Source: Candidatus Eiseniibacteriota bacterium (GTDB taxonomy: Bacteria > Eisenbacteria > RBG-16-71-46). Taken from it: a DNA stretch of 42,223 nt. The position numbers were made by a program, and so were the translations under genes. The DNA lies in contig JBGANH010000001.1 in the NCBI GenBank assembly GCA_044222365.1, forward strand, positions 1 to 42,223, in the 5' to 3' direction. Below the pieces are notes generated by a model. It was given only the letters and a program-made list of their open reading frames with translations. It ran no database searches and was not told the origin of the DNA. Numbering within the stretch: position 1 is the stretch's first letter; each line of letters opens with the position of its first letter. Shown piece after piece: positions 26,007 through 35,293 of this stretch.

Positions 26007-27136
26007 GCCTCATCCGGTGTGTCGAGGTTGATCGTCGGGGGGACGACGCCTCGCGCGAGCACCAGCGCGGTCACGACCGCTTCGAGTCCGCCGGCGGCAC
26101 CGAGCAGGTGGCCGGTCATGGACTTCGTCGAACCCATCATCAGGCGGCGAGCATGTTCCCCGAACACCGTCTTCACGGCCGTCACTTCGATGGGATCGCC
26201 CGCGGGCGTCGAAGTGCCGTGAGAGTTGATGTACATGACCTCGTCCGGTGCCATCCCGGCGTCCTGCAGCGCGCGCTTCATCGCGCGCGCGGCGCCGTCA
26301 CCATCCAGGCAGGGAGAAGTCATGTGGAACGCGTCGCCCGAGGCTCCATAGCCCACGAGTTCGCAGATTGCGGTCGCACCACGGCGCCGGGCGTGCTCTT
26401 CGGTTTCGAGCACGAGCAGTCCGGCACCTTCGCCGATGACGAAGCCGTCGCGGTCCTTGTCGAACGGACGGCTGGCGCGTTGCGGGTCGTCGTTACGCGT
26501 GGAGAGGGCGCGCATGTTGCCGAAGCCCGCGACCGCCATGGGCGTGATCGTGGCTTCGGAACCTCCGGCAATGATGACGTCGGCGTCCCCGGCACGAAGC
26601 AGTCGGAACGCTTCGCCGATGGCGTGCGCCCCGGAGGCGCACGCGGACACGGTGCTGAAGTTCGGACCTTTGAATCCGAACTGGATCGACACCTGGCCTG
26701 CGGCCATGTCCGAGATCATCATCGGAATGAAGAACGGGCTGACGCGGCCGGGGCCCTTCTCGACCAGCGCGGAATGCTGGGTCTCGAAGGTCTCCATGCC
26801 GCCGATGCCTGACCCGATGATCACGCCGACGCGGTTGCAGTCGAGGCGCTCGGGGTCCAGGCCGGCATTGCGGACGGCTTCGTGGCTGGCGACGACCGCG
26901 TACTGGACGAAGCGGTCCATGCGCCTCGCCTCCTTGCGGTCGATGATGCCCTCGAAACTGAAATCCTTCACCTCACAGGCGAATTTCGTTTCGTAGTTCG
27001 AGGTGTCGAAGCGCGTGATCGGTGCCGCTCCGGACTTGCCCGCCACCAGGCTGTTCCAGGTTGCCTCCACGTCATTGCCGACCGGCGACAGTACCCCTGC
27101 GCCCGTCACGAAAATGCGTGGCCCGTTTCCACTCAT
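25889..27136 (-). CDS. fabF: 3-oxoacyl-ACP synthase II (KAS II)
   Basis: IFVTGAGVLSPVGN...FSTVSACASGAHAIGEA (active-site Cys)...INSHGTSTPAGD...KSMTGHLLGAAG...SNSFGFGGHNVTL. Confidence 0.97.
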   Translation of the reverse strand: MSGNGPRIFVTGAGVLSPVGNDVEATWNSLVAGKSGAAPITRFDTSNYETKFACEVKDFSFEGIIDRKEARRMDRFVQYAVVASHEAVRNAGLDPERLDCNRVGVIIGSGIGGMETFETQHSALVEKGPGRVSPFFIPMMISDMAAGQVSIQFGFKGPNFSTVSACASGAHAIGEAFRLLRAGDADVIIAGGSEATITPMAVAGFGNMRALSTRNDDPQRASRPFDKDRDGFVIGEGAGLLVLETEEHARRRGATAICELVGYGASGDAFHMTSPCLDGDGAARAMKRALQDAGMAPDEVMYINSHGTSTPAGDPIEVTAVKTVFGEHARRLMMGSTKSMTGHLLGAAGGLEAVVTALVLARGVVPPTINLDTPDEACDLDFIPNQARTVKVKAALSNSFGFGGHNVTLAMKAIA

Positions 27137-27252
27137 GATTGCACGGTCTCCCTACGCTGTTCCGGGCCCGCCCGCCGACCCGCGCCGCACCGCCCCGACA
27201 CTGGGCTGAACGGCGCGGGTCCGGTCCGGACCCGGAGTCCTGTCACGAACGC

Positions 27253-27495
27253 CTAGGCGTTCGCGTGCTCCTGGAGGTACTTGAGGGCGTCACCGACCGT
27301 CTTCAGCTTGTCGGCGTCCTCGTCGGGGATGTCGAGGCCGAACTCCTCCTCGAGCGCCATCACCAGCTCGACGATGTCGAGCGAGTCGGCGCCGAGATCC
27401 TCGATGAACTTCGCCTCGGGCGTCAGGTTCTTGACGTCCACCTCGAGTTCCTTGGCGATGATCTCCTTGACCTTGTCTTCGTTGAACGCTGCCAT
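27253..27495 (-). CDS. acpP: Acyl carrier protein
   Basis: 80 aa, with [24 protein letters not shown] containing the DSLD phosphopantetheine-attachment Ser. GGGAGGTGA lies upstream of the ATG. Confidence 0.97.
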   Translation of the reverse strand: MAAFNEDKVKEIIAKELEVDVKNLTPEAKFIEDLGADSLDIVELVMALEEEFGLDIPDEDADKLKTVGDALKYLQEHANA

Positions 27496-27546
27496 GTTTT
27501 CACCTCCCGTTGCGTTGAGGGTCCTGCTTCTCGATCAGCTGCGCTT

Positions 27547-28329
27547 CTATTCCATCACCATGCCGCCGTCCACCGTCCAGGTCTGGCCGGTGACGTAGGC
27601 CGCGCGCGGCGACACGAGGAACGCCACGACTTCCGCGACGTCCTCCGGCGTGCCGAGACGGCCCAGCGGGATCTTCGAGGACAGCTCCGCGCGCGCCGCT
27701 TCGGGCAGCTGCGCGGTCATGTCCGTCTCGATGAACCCGGGGCAAACCGCGTTCACCGTGACGTTGCGCGAGGCCAGCTCGCGCGCCAGCGACTTGGTCA
27801 GGCCGAGCAGGCCCGCCTTGCTCGCCGAATAGTTCACCTGCCCGGCATTGCCCATGAGGCCGACGACCGAGGAGATGTTCACGATGCGGCCGACACGCGC
27901 CTTCATCATGCTGCGCGCGACCGCGCGGCAGCAACGGAACGCGCCGCCGAGGTTCGTGTTGATCACTTCGTCCCACTGCGCGTCGCTCATGCGCATGAAC
28001 AGCCCGTCGCGCGTGAGCCCCGCATTGTTCACCAGGCCGTCCACGCGCCCGAGCTTTTCGAGCGCCGCGGCGAACGCCGCATCCACGGATTCCGTGCTCG
28101 AGATGTCCGCCGCGAACGCGTGCGCGGTGAGCCCGGCGTCGCGGATGCCCTGCACCGCGGCCTCCGCGCGCTCCTGGTTGCGGTTGAAGATCGCGACCGT
28201 CGCGCCGCCCGCGGCGAGGCGCCGCGCGACCGCCAGCCCGATGCCCGTCGCGCCGCCGGTGACGAACATCACCTGACCCGCGAGGTCCTTCGCGATCGCG
28301 TGTTCCGGCATGGCCTGTGTCCCGCTCAT
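27547..28329 (-). CDS. fabG: 3-oxoacyl-ACP reductase
   Basis: ATG at 28329 overlaps the fabD stop (ATGA). VTGGATGIGLAVARRL...LVNNAGLTRD...NISSVVGLMGNAGQVNYSASKAGLLGLTKSLARELASRNVTVNAVCPGFIETDM. Confidence 0.95.
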   Translation of the reverse strand: MSGTQAMPEHAIAKDLAGQVMFVTGGATGIGLAVARRLAAGGATVAIFNRNQERAEAAVQGIRDAGLTAHAFAADISSTESVDAAFAAALEKLGRVDGLVNNAGLTRDGLFMRMSDAQWDEVINTNLGGAFRCCRAVARSMMKARVGRIVNISSVVGLMGNAGQVNYSASKAGLLGLTKSLARELASRNVTVNAVCPGFIETDMTAQLPEAARAELSSKIPLGRLGTPEDVAEVVAFLVSPRAAYVTGQTWTVDGGMVME

Positions 28330-29276
28330 GCGTTGCTCCCCGTGGCCGAACCGAGCGCCGTCACCGTGGCCTGGAGGCTCTCCGGATCCTCGACGTTCCA
28401 GCTCGCCGCTTCCTTGTGGATGGTGCGCAGCAGTCCGCGCAGCACCTTGCCCGTTCCGAGTTCGACGAAACCTTCGACGCCCGACTCGATCAGGAGCCGC
28501 ATGGACTCTTCCCAGCGCACCGACGCGAGCAGCTGCTCCTCGAGCGCCGCGCGGATCTCGTCCGCCTTCTGCACCGGACGCGCCCACGCGTTCGACACGA
28601 TCGGGCAGCGCGCGTCCCGGACCGTCACGCCGGCGAGCGCCTCGCGCAGGCCGTCGGCGGCCGAGCCCATCAGCGGCGAGTGGAAGGCGCCGCTCACCTC
28701 GAGCTTGATCGCGCGCTTGGCGCCGCGCGCCTTCGCGGCCTCGCACGCCGCGTCCACGGCGGCGGGTTCGCCGCTGATCACGATCTGTCCCGGCGCGTTC
28801 AGGTTCGCCGCGCGCACGACACCTGCGGACGACGCGTCGGCGCATGCCGCTTCGACGTCCTCGCGCGACAGCCCGAGCACGGCGGCCATGGCGCCCGGGC
28901 GGTCCAGACCGGCCTGGTACATGAGTTCGCCGCGGCGGCTCGTGACGCGCAGCGCATCCTCGAACGACAGCGCGCCGGCCGCGACGCAGGCCGAGTACTC
29001 GCCGAGGCTGTGCCCGGCGACGAACGACGGCACGAGGCCGGCCGCGTCCACCTGCCGCCACGCGGCGACGCTGTGCGTGAGCAGCGCGGGCTGCGTGTGC
29101 ACGCTCTTCTTGAGGTCTTCCGCCGGGCCCTCCCAGCACATCGTGCTGAGCGAGTAACCGAGCACGCGGTCCGCGGTCGCGAACGCGTCGCGCGCGGACT
29201 CGTGCGCGTCGGCGAGCGCCTTGCCCATGCCCACGCTCTGCGCGCCCTGGCCCGGGAACAGGAACGCGAGCTTCAC
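28326..29276 (-). CDS. fabD: Malonyl-CoA:ACP transacylase
   Basis: GTG at 29276 overlaps the fabH stop (GTGA). VKLAFLFPGQGAQSVGMG...VAGHSLGEYSACVAAG (GHSLG nucleophile)...SGAFHSPLM. Confidence 0.95.
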   Translation of the reverse strand: MKLAFLFPGQGAQSVGMGKALADAHESARDAFATADRVLGYSLSTMCWEGPAEDLKKSVHTQPALLTHSVAAWRQVDAAGLVPSFVAGHSLGEYSACVAAGALSFEDALRVTSRRGELMYQAGLDRPGAMAAVLGLSREDVEAACADASSAGVVRAANLNAPGQIVISGEPAAVDAACEAAKARGAKRAIKLEVSGAFHSPLMGSAADGLREALAGVTVRDARCPIVSNAWARPVQKADEIRAALEEQLLASVRWEESMRLLIESGVEGFVELGTGKVLRGLLRTIHKEAASWNVEDPESLQATVTALGSATGSNA

Positions 29277-30334
29277 GCGGCACCTCCCGTGGCGGCGGCC
29301 GCCTCGACGGGCACGTGCGCCGGCACCGGAGCGGTCCACGTCATCGTGCTCGCGCCCCACGTCGCACCGCCGCCGAACGCGGCGAACGCCACGTGGTCGC
29401 CCGGCTTGATCCGGCCGGAACGCACGAGTTCGTCGAGCGCGATCGGGATCGAAGCCGACGAGGTGTTTCCGTAGCGGTCGATGTTCACGTACACGCGGTC
29501 CTCGGGCAGCCCGAGCCGCTCGCGCACGCCCTCGATGATTCGCAGGTTCGCCTGGTGCGGGATGAACATCTGCACGTCGTCGGTGCTCCAGCCGGCGCGC
29601 TCCACGCACTTGCGCGTCGCGTCTTCCATGCTGCGCACCGCGAACGGGAACAGCTTCTTGCCCTGCATGCGGATGAAATGCTCGCGGGCCGCGACGGTGT
29701 GCTCGTTCGCGGGGTTGCGAGAGATGCCGGCGGGCACTTCGAGCACCTCGCCGAGTTCGCCGTCGCTGTGCATGTCCACCGCGTGGATGCCCGTGCCGGG
29801 CTCGCACGCCTGGAAGACCGCCGCGCCAGCGCCGTCGCCGAACAGCACGCACGTGTTGCGATCGGTGTAGTCCACGATGCGCGACAGCGTCTCGACGCCG
29901 ACCACCAGCACCGTGTCGGCCATGCCGCCGCCGATCAGCCCGCGCGCCATGCCCATGCCGTACACGAAGCCCGTGCACGCCGCGAACACGTCGTAGGCCG
30001 CGGCCTTGGTCGCGCCGAGCTTCTTCTGCAGCGTGCAGCCGCACGACGGCAGGATGCGGTCGGGCGTGGTGGTCGCGAGGATGATCTGGTCCACGTCCTT
30101 CGCGTCCACCTTCGCCATCTCGAGCGCGCGCTGGCACGCGATGAGCGCGAGGTCGGACGAAGCCTGCTCCGGCGCGGCCTTGCGGCGCGCACGGATGCCG
30201 GTGCGTTCGACGACCCACTCGTCCGTGGTCTCGACGATCTTGGCGAGGTCGTGGTTCGTGACGATCTCGTCGGGCACGTACATGCCCGTGCCCGTGATGG
30301 TCACGCCCCGAAGGGTTTCAGGACGTAGGGACAT
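29273..30334 (-). CDS. fabH: 3-oxoacyl-ACP synthase III (KAS III)
   Basis: ATG at 30334. ITGTGMYVPDEIVTNHDL...AAYDVFAACTGFVYGM (active-site Cys)...IPHQANLRII...YGNTSSASIPIAL. Confidence 0.95.
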   Translation of the reverse strand: MSLRPETLRGVTITGTGMYVPDEIVTNHDLAKIVETTDEWVVERTGIRARRKAAPEQASSDLALIACQRALEMAKVDAKDVDQIILATTTPDRILPSCGCTLQKKLGATKAAAYDVFAACTGFVYGMGMARGLIGGGMADTVLVVGVETLSRIVDYTDRNTCVLFGDGAGAAVFQACEPGTGIHAVDMHSDGELGEVLEVPAGISRNPANEHTVAAREHFIRMQGKKLFPFAVRSMEDATRKCVERAGWSTDDVQMFIPHQANLRIIEGVRERLGLPEDRVYVNIDRYGNTSSASIPIALDELVRSGRIKPGDHVAFAAFGGGATWGASTMTWTAPVPAHVPVEAAAATGGAA

Positions 30335-31340
30335 GGTCGGAAAGGATCTCCTCGCGGATGGATTCGTTGACCTTCTGGTCCACGAAGTTCGTCATGAGCT
30401 TGATCGCGCTGCGGAACGCGCGCGGACCGCTGGCTCCATGACCGATGAAGCAACCGCCGTTGACGCCCAGGAGCGGCACTCCGCCGAACTCCTGCCAGTC
30501 GAGCTTGCGCCGCATGCGTCCGCGTGCGGGCGCCATGATCATCGCGCCGAGCATCGAGAACACGTCGCGCTTCGCCTCGTTCTTGAGCACGCGGCTCAGG
30601 AACGCCGCGGCACCCTCGGCGGTCTTGAGCAGCACGTTGCCGGTGAAGCCGTCGGTCACGATCACGTCGCAGTGACCGTTGAAGACGTCGCGGCCCTCGA
30701 CGTTGCCGATGAAGTTGAGATGCTGGGCCTGGCGCAGCAGGGGCAGGGTTTCCTGCACGAGCGCGTTGCCCTTGCTGTCCTCTTCGCCGATCGAGAGCAG
30801 GCCGACGCGCGGCTTCTCGACGCCGAGCAGTGTGCGCGCGTAGCACGATCCCATGTGCGCGAACTGCACGAGGTACGACGCCTTCACCTCGGCGTTCGCG
30901 CCCACGTCGAGCACGACCGTACCCGCGTGGTCGTTCGGGATGAACGCCGCGAGCGCCGGCCGCGACACGCCCTCGAGGCGTCCGAGACCCAGCAGAGCCG
31001 TCGCCACCACTGCGCCCGTATTTCCGGCGCTGTAGATGGCGTCGAGCTTGCCTTCCTTGTGCATCTGGGTGAGCACGCCGAGCGAGGTGCCGGCCTTGCG
31101 GGCGGCGGCTGCCGCCTTCGCGCCCATGTCCACCTTCTCGGCGGCATGGACGATCGTGATCGGCAGGTGCTCGGCATGCGCGCGCTGGAGCGATGCGCGA
31201 ATCTCGGACTCGTCTCCGACGAGCGTGAGCTGGAACTTCCCAGCCCACTCGCGAAACGCTTGCGCGGCGCCTTCGGCTACGGGTTGCGGGCCGAAGTCGC
31301 CTCCCATCGCATCAATCCCGATGCGCGGGATGGGTGACAT
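30318..31340 (-). CDS. plsX: Phosphate acyltransferase PlsX
   Basis: ATG at 31340. RIGIDAMGGDFGPQ...SAGNTGAVVA...GLLSIGEEDSKGN...FIGNVEGRD...DVIVTDGFTGNVLLK. The 3' end overlaps the fabH start by 17 nt. Confidence 0.95.
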   Translation of the reverse strand: MSPIPRIGIDAMGGDFGPQPVAEGAAQAFREWAGKFQLTLVGDESEIRASLQRAHAEHLPITIVHAAEKVDMGAKAAAAARKAGTSLGVLTQMHKEGKLDAIYSAGNTGAVVATALLGLGRLEGVSRPALAAFIPNDHAGTVVLDVGANAEVKASYLVQFAHMGSCYARTLLGVEKPRVGLLSIGEEDSKGNALVQETLPLLRQAQHLNFIGNVEGRDVFNGHCDVIVTDGFTGNVLLKTAEGAAAFLSRVLKNEAKRDVFSMLGAMIMAPARGRMRRKLDWQEFGGVPLLGVNGGCFIGHGASGPRAFRSAIKLMTNFVDQKVNESIREEILSDHVPTS

Positions 31341-31358
31341 GATCAGTGCGCCGTGCGC

Positions 31359-31541
31359 CTACTGCTCGCGCGGCGTGACGATCTCTTCGCCCTTGTAGTA
31401 GCCGCAAGCCTTGCAGACACGGTGCGCAAGGCTCGGGGCGCCGCAGTTGCTGCACTTGCTGGTGCCGACCTTCTTGAGCTTCCAGCCGGTGCGGCGCTTC
31501 TTGCCGCGGGTCGACGAATGCCGCCGCTTGGGAACTGCCAT
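31359..31541 (-). CDS. rpmF: 50S ribosomal protein L32
   Basis: ATG at 31541. [17 protein letters not shown]... with a CxxC...CxxC zinc ribbon ([17 protein letters not shown]). The track ORF begins two codons earlier at a GTG. Confidence 0.95.
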   Translation of the reverse strand: MAVPKRRHSSTRGKKRRTGWKLKKVGTSKCSNCGAPSLAHRVCKACGYYKGEEIVTPREQ

Positions 31542-31583
31542 GTGCACAACCTCCTGCAGCCGGCGCCTGCCGGAAAAGTGACG

Positions 31584-32054
31584 CTACGCCGTGCAGTCGC
31601 ACGGACCGACGTTGAGGTCGGCGCCACACTTCGGGCACAGCCCCGGGCAATCCTCCCGGCAATGGGGAGTGATGGGCAACTCGAGCAACAGCATTTCCCG
31701 CACGGTCTCGCGCAGGTCCAGCCGCCGCCCGTCATGAAACAACATGTAGTCGTCGCGCTCGAGGGCTTCTTCCTCGCGGCGGTCGGACTTGCCCGACTGA
31801 TCCGCGAACAAGCTGAGTTCCACTTCCACGGGGAAATCGAACTCGTTCAGGCAGCGAACGCATTCGAGCCGCGCGGAGGAACCCACCAAGCCGCGCACCG
31901 ACACGCGCGAGCCGGACTTCTCGACCCGGAGAGCGCCGGTGATCCGGCCACGCCACTCCGCCTCGGGAAGTCCGACCTCTTGTGCCGTTGCTTCGACCTC
32001 CACCCGGTTCAGCGTGGGCTTCAGCGTGGCGAGGTCGAGGATGAAATCGGTCAT
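31584..32054 (-). CDS. yceD: YceD/DUF177 family protein (large-subunit rRNA accumulation protein)
   Basis: ATG at 32054 (MTDFILDL...). The Cys motifs are LECVRCLNEF and HCREDCPGLCPKCGADLN. It occupies the canonical position upstream of rpmF-plsX. Confidence 0.85.
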   Translation of the reverse strand: MTDFILDLATLKPTLNRVEVEATAQEVGLPEAEWRGRITGALRVEKSGSRVSVRGLVGSSARLECVRCLNEFDFPVEVELSLFADQSGKSDRREEEALERDDYMLFHDGRRLDLRETVREMLLLELPITPHCREDCPGLCPKCGADLNVGPCDCTA

Positions 32055-32230
32055 GAACGAAAGAGTCGGCCGCCAGGGCCGACCCCCCAAAAGCGCGCGC
32101 AAGCTAGCACAGTCACGAAGCTTCCGTCCAGCCTCGGGCCCGATCGTCCGGCTTGCCGGACGTGGCGGCCCCGAGCGGTGAAACGGGCCGGGACAACTTC
32201 CCAAGCGACTGTGCGAGCAGCACTTGGTGG

Positions 32231-32265
32231 AAAAACGTGGCGGCCGCCCCGAGGGGACGGCCGCC
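32231..32265 (-). terminator. Rho-independent terminator downstream of ndk
   Basis: On the minus strand, GGCGGCCG-TCCCCTCGGGG-CGGCCGCC is followed by ACGTTTTTCC. On the plus strand the hairpin is at 32239-32265 and the A5 run at 32231-32235. It begins 13 nt after the ndk stop. Confidence 0.65.
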
Positions 32266-32277
32266 GTGAATCGGGCT

Positions 32278-32700
32278 TCAGTGCGACAGCGCGGCGACGC
32301 CGAAGAACAGCTTCACCTCGCGCTCGGCGGAGGGCAGGCTGTCCGACGCGTGCACCGAGTTGGCGCCCTTCGACTTGGCGTACAGCTTGCGGACCGTGCC
32401 CTCGGCGGCCTGGGCCGGATCGGTGGCGCCGATGGTCTCGCGGAGGAACGCCACGGCGTTCTCGCGCTCGAGGCAGCACAGCATGACCGGAGCGGAGGTC
32501 ATGAAGTCCACCAGGTCGTTGAAGAACGGCTTGCCGACGTGCTCGGCGTAGAACTCCTGGCACTGCTCGCGGGTCAGGCGGGTGTAGCGCGCCTCGACCA
32601 GGCGGAAGCCCTTGTCCTCGACGTGGGCGATGATCTTGCCGACGAGGTTCCGCTCGGTGGCATCGGGCTTGACGATGAAGAGAGTGCGTTCCAGCGACAC
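32278..32700 (-). CDS. ndk: Nucleoside diphosphate kinase
   Basis: GTG at 32700 with AGGAGG 6-7 nt upstream. ERTLFIVKPDA...GFRLVEAR...FYAEHVGKPFF...TIGATDP...NSVHASDS (catalytic His). Confidence 0.95.
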   Translation of the reverse strand: MSLERTLFIVKPDATERNLVGKIIAHVEDKGFRLVEARYTRLTREQCQEFYAEHVGKPFFNDLVDFMTSAPVMLCCLERENAVAFLRETIGATDPAQAAEGTVRKLYAKSKGANSVHASDSLPSAEREVKLFFGVAALSH

Positions 32701-32783
32701 TTCCTACCTCCTGACAGGGGGGAGGAACGGCCGCTTGGCGCGGCCGTCCCGGCTGCTTGCGTCGAAAACTCGTGGTCCGGGCC

Positions 32784-33854
32784 CTACTTCTTGCGGGCCG
32801 GGGCCTTCTTCCTGGGGGCGGGCTTGGCAGGCTTGGCCGCCTTCTTCGCGGGCTTGGCCGACGGCTTCGCCGGCTTCGCGGGCTTCTTGGCGGGCTTCGC
32901 CGCCGCCTTCTTCGCCGGCTTCGCCGCCTTGGCCGCGCCGTTCTTCTTGCGCGCGCGCCGGCGCTGGAGCAGTTCCGCGATCAGGCCGGGGATCTCGGAC
33001 GGGATGCGCGCCACCGGCACGCCCACCGCCTCGAACGCCGCCATCTTCTCGGCCGCCGTGCCCGTGCCGCCCGAGATGATCGCACCGGCGTGGCCCATGC
33101 GCTTGCCCGGAGGCGCCGTCTGCCCGGCGATGAACGCCACGACCGGCTTGGTCACGTGGCGCTTGATGAACTGGGCGGCCTGCTCCTCGGCGTTGCCGCC
33201 GATCTCGCCCATGAGCACGATGCCCTCGGTCTTCGGATCGGCCTCGAACAGCGCGAGCGCGTCGATGAAGTCCGTGCCGATGATCGGGTCACCGCCGATG
33301 CCGATGCACGTGGTCTGGCCGAGGCCCTTGTCGGTGAGCTGCTTCACCACCTCGTAGGTGAGCGTGCCGCTCTTGCTCACGACGCCGATCGGACCCGGCG
33401 TCACGATGTGGCCCGGCAGGATGCCGACCTTGGCCTGCCCCGGCGTGATGAGACCCGGGCAGTTGGGGCCGATCAGGCGCGGCTTGCCGAGCGGATTGTT
33501 CGCGCCGCGCATCTCGATCACCTTGTGCCACGCGTCCATCGTGTCGTTCACCGGAACGCCTTCGGTGATGCACACGATCAGCTGCACGCCGGCGTCGGCC
33601 GCCTCGTGAATCGCGTCCGCCGCGAACGGCGCGGGCACGTAGATCACGGACGTGTTCGCCTTCGTCTTCTCGACCGCCTCGGCGACCGTGTCGAACACGG
33701 GCACGCCGTGGATCTCGGTGCCGCCCTTGCCGGGCGTCACGCCCGCGACGACCTTCGTGCCGTACGCGATCATCTGCTGCGTGTGGAAGGCGCCGTCGCG
33801 GCCGGTGATGCCCTGCACGACCAGGCGCGTGTTCTTGTCGATCAGGATGCTCAC
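32784..33854 (-). CDS. sucD: Succinyl-CoA synthetase alpha subunit with a Lys/Ala/Pro-repeat C-terminal tail
   Basis: GTG at 33854 overlaps the sucC stop (GTGA). [34 protein letters not shown]...[11 protein letters not shown]...SKSGTLTYE...GIGGDP...[11 protein letters not shown] (phospho-His). A 59-aa tail [27 protein letters not shown]... follows. Confidence 0.95.
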   Translation of the reverse strand: MSILIDKNTRLVVQGITGRDGAFHTQQMIAYGTKVVAGVTPGKGGTEIHGVPVFDTVAEAVEKTKANTSVIYVPAPFAADAIHEAADAGVQLIVCITEGVPVNDTMDAWHKVIEMRGANNPLGKPRLIGPNCPGLITPGQAKVGILPGHIVTPGPIGVVSKSGTLTYEVVKQLTDKGLGQTTCIGIGGDPIIGTDFIDALALFEADPKTEGIVLMGEIGGNAEEQAAQFIKRHVTKPVVAFIAGQTAPPGKRMGHAGAIISGGTGTAAEKMAAFEAVGVPVARIPSEIPGLIAELLQRRRARKKNGAAKAAKPAKKAAAKPAKKPAKPAKPSAKPAKKAAKPAKPAPRKKAPARKK

Positions 33855-34993
33855 GCGTTCACCTCCTGCGCCTTGGCGATCACCATCTGCACCGCTTCGT
33901 CCATGCTCGTCGTGGCGCCGAGGCCGAAGTCCGACAGGATCTGGCGGGCCTTCTCCTCGTTCGTGCCGGTGAGACGGATGACGAGCGGCACGGGCAGCGG
34001 CGATTCCTTGAGCGACGCCACGATGCCGTTGGCGACGTCGTCGCAGCGCGTGATGCCGCCGAAGATGTTGAACAGGATGGCGCGCACGTGGCCGTCGTTC
34101 GTGATGATCTTGAGCGCCGCGGTGACCTTCTCGGGATTCGACGAGCCGCCGATGTCGAGGAAGTTCGCGGGTTCGCCGCCGTAGTGCTTGATCAGGTCCA
34201 TCGTGGCCATCGCGAGGCCGGCGCCGTTCACGACGCAGCCGATGTCGCCGTCGAGCTTCACGTACGACAGGCCCTTCTCGCGCGCGAGCCGCGACCACTG
34301 CGATTCGTCGGCCGGGTCACGCCAGTGCTCGGCCCAGTCGCGGTGACGGAAGTCGGCGTTGTCGTCGAGCACGACCTTGGCGTCGAGCGCGATGACCTTG
34401 CCTTCGGGCGTGACGGCGAGCGGGTTGATCTCGGCGAGCGAGCAGTCCCCGTCCATGAACACGTCGAAGAGCTTCATGAGGATCGTGCCGGCCTGCTGCG
34501 CCTGCTTGAAGTCCGGGAAGACCTTCATCATCAGGGCGCGCGCCGCGTACGGGCGCAGCCCCTCGAGCGGGATGTGCTGCTTGAGGATCTTCTCCGGCGC
34601 CACGCGGGCCACTTCCTCGATGTCCACGCCGCCTTCGGCGGAGAGCATGATGAGCGGCAGCTTCTTCTCGCGGTCCATCACGATCGAGAGGTAGTACTCC
34701 TTGGCGATGTCGGCCGCCTGCGCGACCAGCACCTTGCGCACCGGCAGGCCCTTGATCGTCAGCGCGAGGATGTCGCGCGCCTTCTCGAAGGCCTCGTCGG
34801 GCGTGTGCGCGAGCTTGACGCCACCGGCCTTGCCGCGGCCGCCGACCTGCACCTGCGCCTTGATCACGACCAGGCCGCCGATCTGGGCGGCGATTTCGCG
34901 CGCTTCTTCCGGGGTGCCGGCGACCTGCCCGGGCAGCACCGGCAATCCGTAACGGGCGAAGAGTTCCTTGCCCTGGTATTCGTGCAGATTCAT
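33851..34993 (-). CDS. sucC: Succinyl-CoA synthetase beta subunit
   Basis: ATG at 34993. [19 protein letters not shown]...[19 protein letters not shown]...[14 protein letters not shown]...PANFLDIGG. Confidence 0.97.
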   Translation of the reverse strand: MNLHEYQGKELFARYGLPVLPGQVAGTPEEAREIAAQIGGLVVIKAQVQVGGRGKAGGVKLAHTPDEAFEKARDILALTIKGLPVRKVLVAQAADIAKEYYLSIVMDREKKLPLIMLSAEGGVDIEEVARVAPEKILKQHIPLEGLRPYAARALMMKVFPDFKQAQQAGTILMKLFDVFMDGDCSLAEINPLAVTPEGKVIALDAKVVLDDNADFRHRDWAEHWRDPADESQWSRLAREKGLSYVKLDGDIGCVVNGAGLAMATMDLIKHYGGEPANFLDIGGSSNPEKVTAALKIITNDGHVRAILFNIFGGITRCDDVANGIVASLKESPLPVPLVIRLTGTNEEKARQILSDFGLGATTSMDEAVQMVIAKAQEVNA

Positions 34994-35293
34994 GGGGTCT
35001 CCCGTGAACCGAAGCGCCCGAAGACGCCCCGGACGGCCCTCAAGAGGATCATGGACGGGGGGAGTGCAGATGGACGCGGAAAGCTACCGAACGCGTTCCG
35101 GCGTGGCAAGCGCGCGGCGCCGCGTCCCGCCGGCCTCCTCGCGACGGCCGCGGGCGGGCACGGAGCGCGAGTTCGCGCTTCCGGCGCGGGGCGCGGAACG
35201 CGTACGATTTTCCCCGCTCGTCCCCGTGGGCGGGCTCCTGACGATGGTCTCCCGCACCCGCGCACCGCACCCGCAGCCACGGAAGCCCCCCGC

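Noticed and set aside
27215-27236. Palindrome CGGGTCCGG-T-CCGGACCCG in the acpP-fabF spacer as a terminator or attenuator
   Set aside because: The hairpin is plausible, but there is no U-tract and fabF clearly follows in the same operon. At most it is an mRNA processing or stability element, which is too weak to call.
32724-32750. Bulged GC hairpin (GGAACGGCCGC-TTGG-CGCGGCCGTCC) between sucD and ndk as a terminator
   Set aside because: No U-run follows on the minus strand, where the sequence runs straight into the ndk AGGAGG ribosome-binding site. It may modulate read-through, but that cannot be supported from sequence alone.
32787-32963. GGC/TTC/GCC-rich repetitive DNA considered as a non-coding repeat or a separate small gene
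   Set aside because: It is in frame with sucD with no intervening stop, and it codes for the AKP-repeat tail. It is reported as a finding rather than as a repeat element.
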